From: Candidatus Uhrbacteria bacterium
GTDB lineage: Bacteria > Patescibacteriota > Patescibacteriia > JACQRZ01
Direction: 5' to 3'
Assembly: GCA_016206175.1 (NCBI GenBank)
Contig: JACQSB010000020.1
Span: forward strand, 39,913-103,912
DNA: 64,000 nucleotides
Shown: one piece after another, positions 63,622 to 64,000 of the stretch
How positions within the stretch are numbered: the stretch's first letter is position 1
How the letters are laid out: the number at the start of each line of letters is the position of its first letter
The notes under the pieces: generated by a model
The model's input: the letters and a program-made list of their open reading frames with translations, nothing else
Told to the model about the DNA's origin: nothing
The model's database searches: none
Position numbers and translations under genes: made by a program

Positions 63622-64000
63622 ATGAAAACACGAAAGAGAGAAAGTCTTCTCGAGGGCTGGATGTTGCCGATCGCCGTTGCTGCGATCGGCATCATCACAT
63701 TCCTGGTGTACGACGCTGGGAATGTGGAGGAGTCCAAGTCTCCGCGCTACGCCAAAGGCGTCGCGGCTTTCAACACGTTTCTGCGGGCTGCCGAGCGCGT
63801 CGCTGACAAGACGGGAGACAAGCGAGCTCGGGAACTCGCCCTCGCCGCGGATTACTACACCGAAGTCCGCGCGGCGGACTCGAAGTTCAGGACTGTCATC
63901 CGGAGGCGGTGGATTCTTTCGAACTTCATGCTGGTGGGATTCCTGCAAAGTTCGGATGTTACCAACGATGTCCTGCGGGATGAGGTCCGGAATGCGGCGG
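63622..64000 (+). CDS. partial CDS (5' end, runs off the window): GC-rich membrane-anchored hypothetical
   Basis: Absent from the ORF track because it has no stop in the window. AGGAGGA (63607-63613) lies 8 nt before the ATG. The frame stays open for 126 codons (checked by hand). N-terminal TM LPIAVAAIGIITFLVY. Confidence 0.6.
   Translation, partial: MKTRKRESLLEGWMLPIAVAAIGIITFLVYDAGNVEESKSPRYAKGVAAFNTFLRAAERVADKTGDKRARELALAADYYTEVRAADSKFRTVIRRRWILSNFMLVGFLQSSDVTNDVLRDEVRNAA

Noticed and set aside
63520-63948. 142-aa minus-strand ORF at the window end
   Set aside because: It is antisense to the GC-rich plus-strand ORF, which has a canonical SD and a TM helix. It would also overlap the mnmA start region. 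This remains the competing model until the downstream sequence is seen.
1-64000. Alternative genetic code (UGA recoded), as in some CPR lineages
   Set aside because: TGA terminates many well-defined genes at the expected length and takes part in ATGA start/stop overlaps (tmk/ribBA, gnd/protease, tsaB/rarA, flippase/GT4). No conserved protein needs read-through.

Overview
A 64-kb chromosomal segment that is almost entirely coding. The gene content fits a reduced Patescibacteria/CPR (Parcubacteria-like) genome: shortened housekeeping proteins, many secreted or membrane hypotheticals, a lone VirD4-like ATPase, and GEAWY-type surface repeats. This lineage call is an inference. The standard genetic code applies, since TGA is used as a stop, including in ATGA stop/start overlaps. 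Recognisable core genes, in order: dnaX; hrcA-grpE-dnaK-dnaJ behind a sigma70-like promoter plus CIRCE; tmk-ribBA-ribD; gnd coupled to an S8 surface protease; malic enzyme-aspA; the dcw block mraZ-rsmH-ftsL-ftsI-murF; rarA; tsaB; a tagA-like gene; clpB with a second CIRCE; a priA-like gene; def; pyrD; fmt; a surface-polysaccharide cluster; truB; the ribosomal block infA-rpmJ-rpsM-rpsK-rpsD-rpoA-rplQ-rplM-rpsI; alaS; mnmA; tRNA-Gln(CUG); and tRNA-Glu(CUC). rpmJ is too short for the ORF track and was found by eye. Best candidates for something undescribed: (1) a GC-rich four-gene islet at about 20.5-22.3 kb, made of two convergent, translationally coupled gene pairs including a GNAT, with canonical Shine-Dalgarno sites that the native genes I checked lack; (2) a tightly overlapped three-gene cassette (87 aa, 66 aa, 893 aa) wedged between mnmA and alaS, with no family I can recognise; (3) a duplicated tRNA-Glu 3' end bracketing a 94-bp GC-rich palindromic insert; (4) an 85-bp palindromic element apparently inserted in frame in truB. 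Also notable are an RNAP alpha subunit whose C-terminal domain is replaced by an acidic tail ending in an AT-hook, and a PriA-like protein without ATPase motifs. All family calls come from reading motifs by eye. No searches were run.
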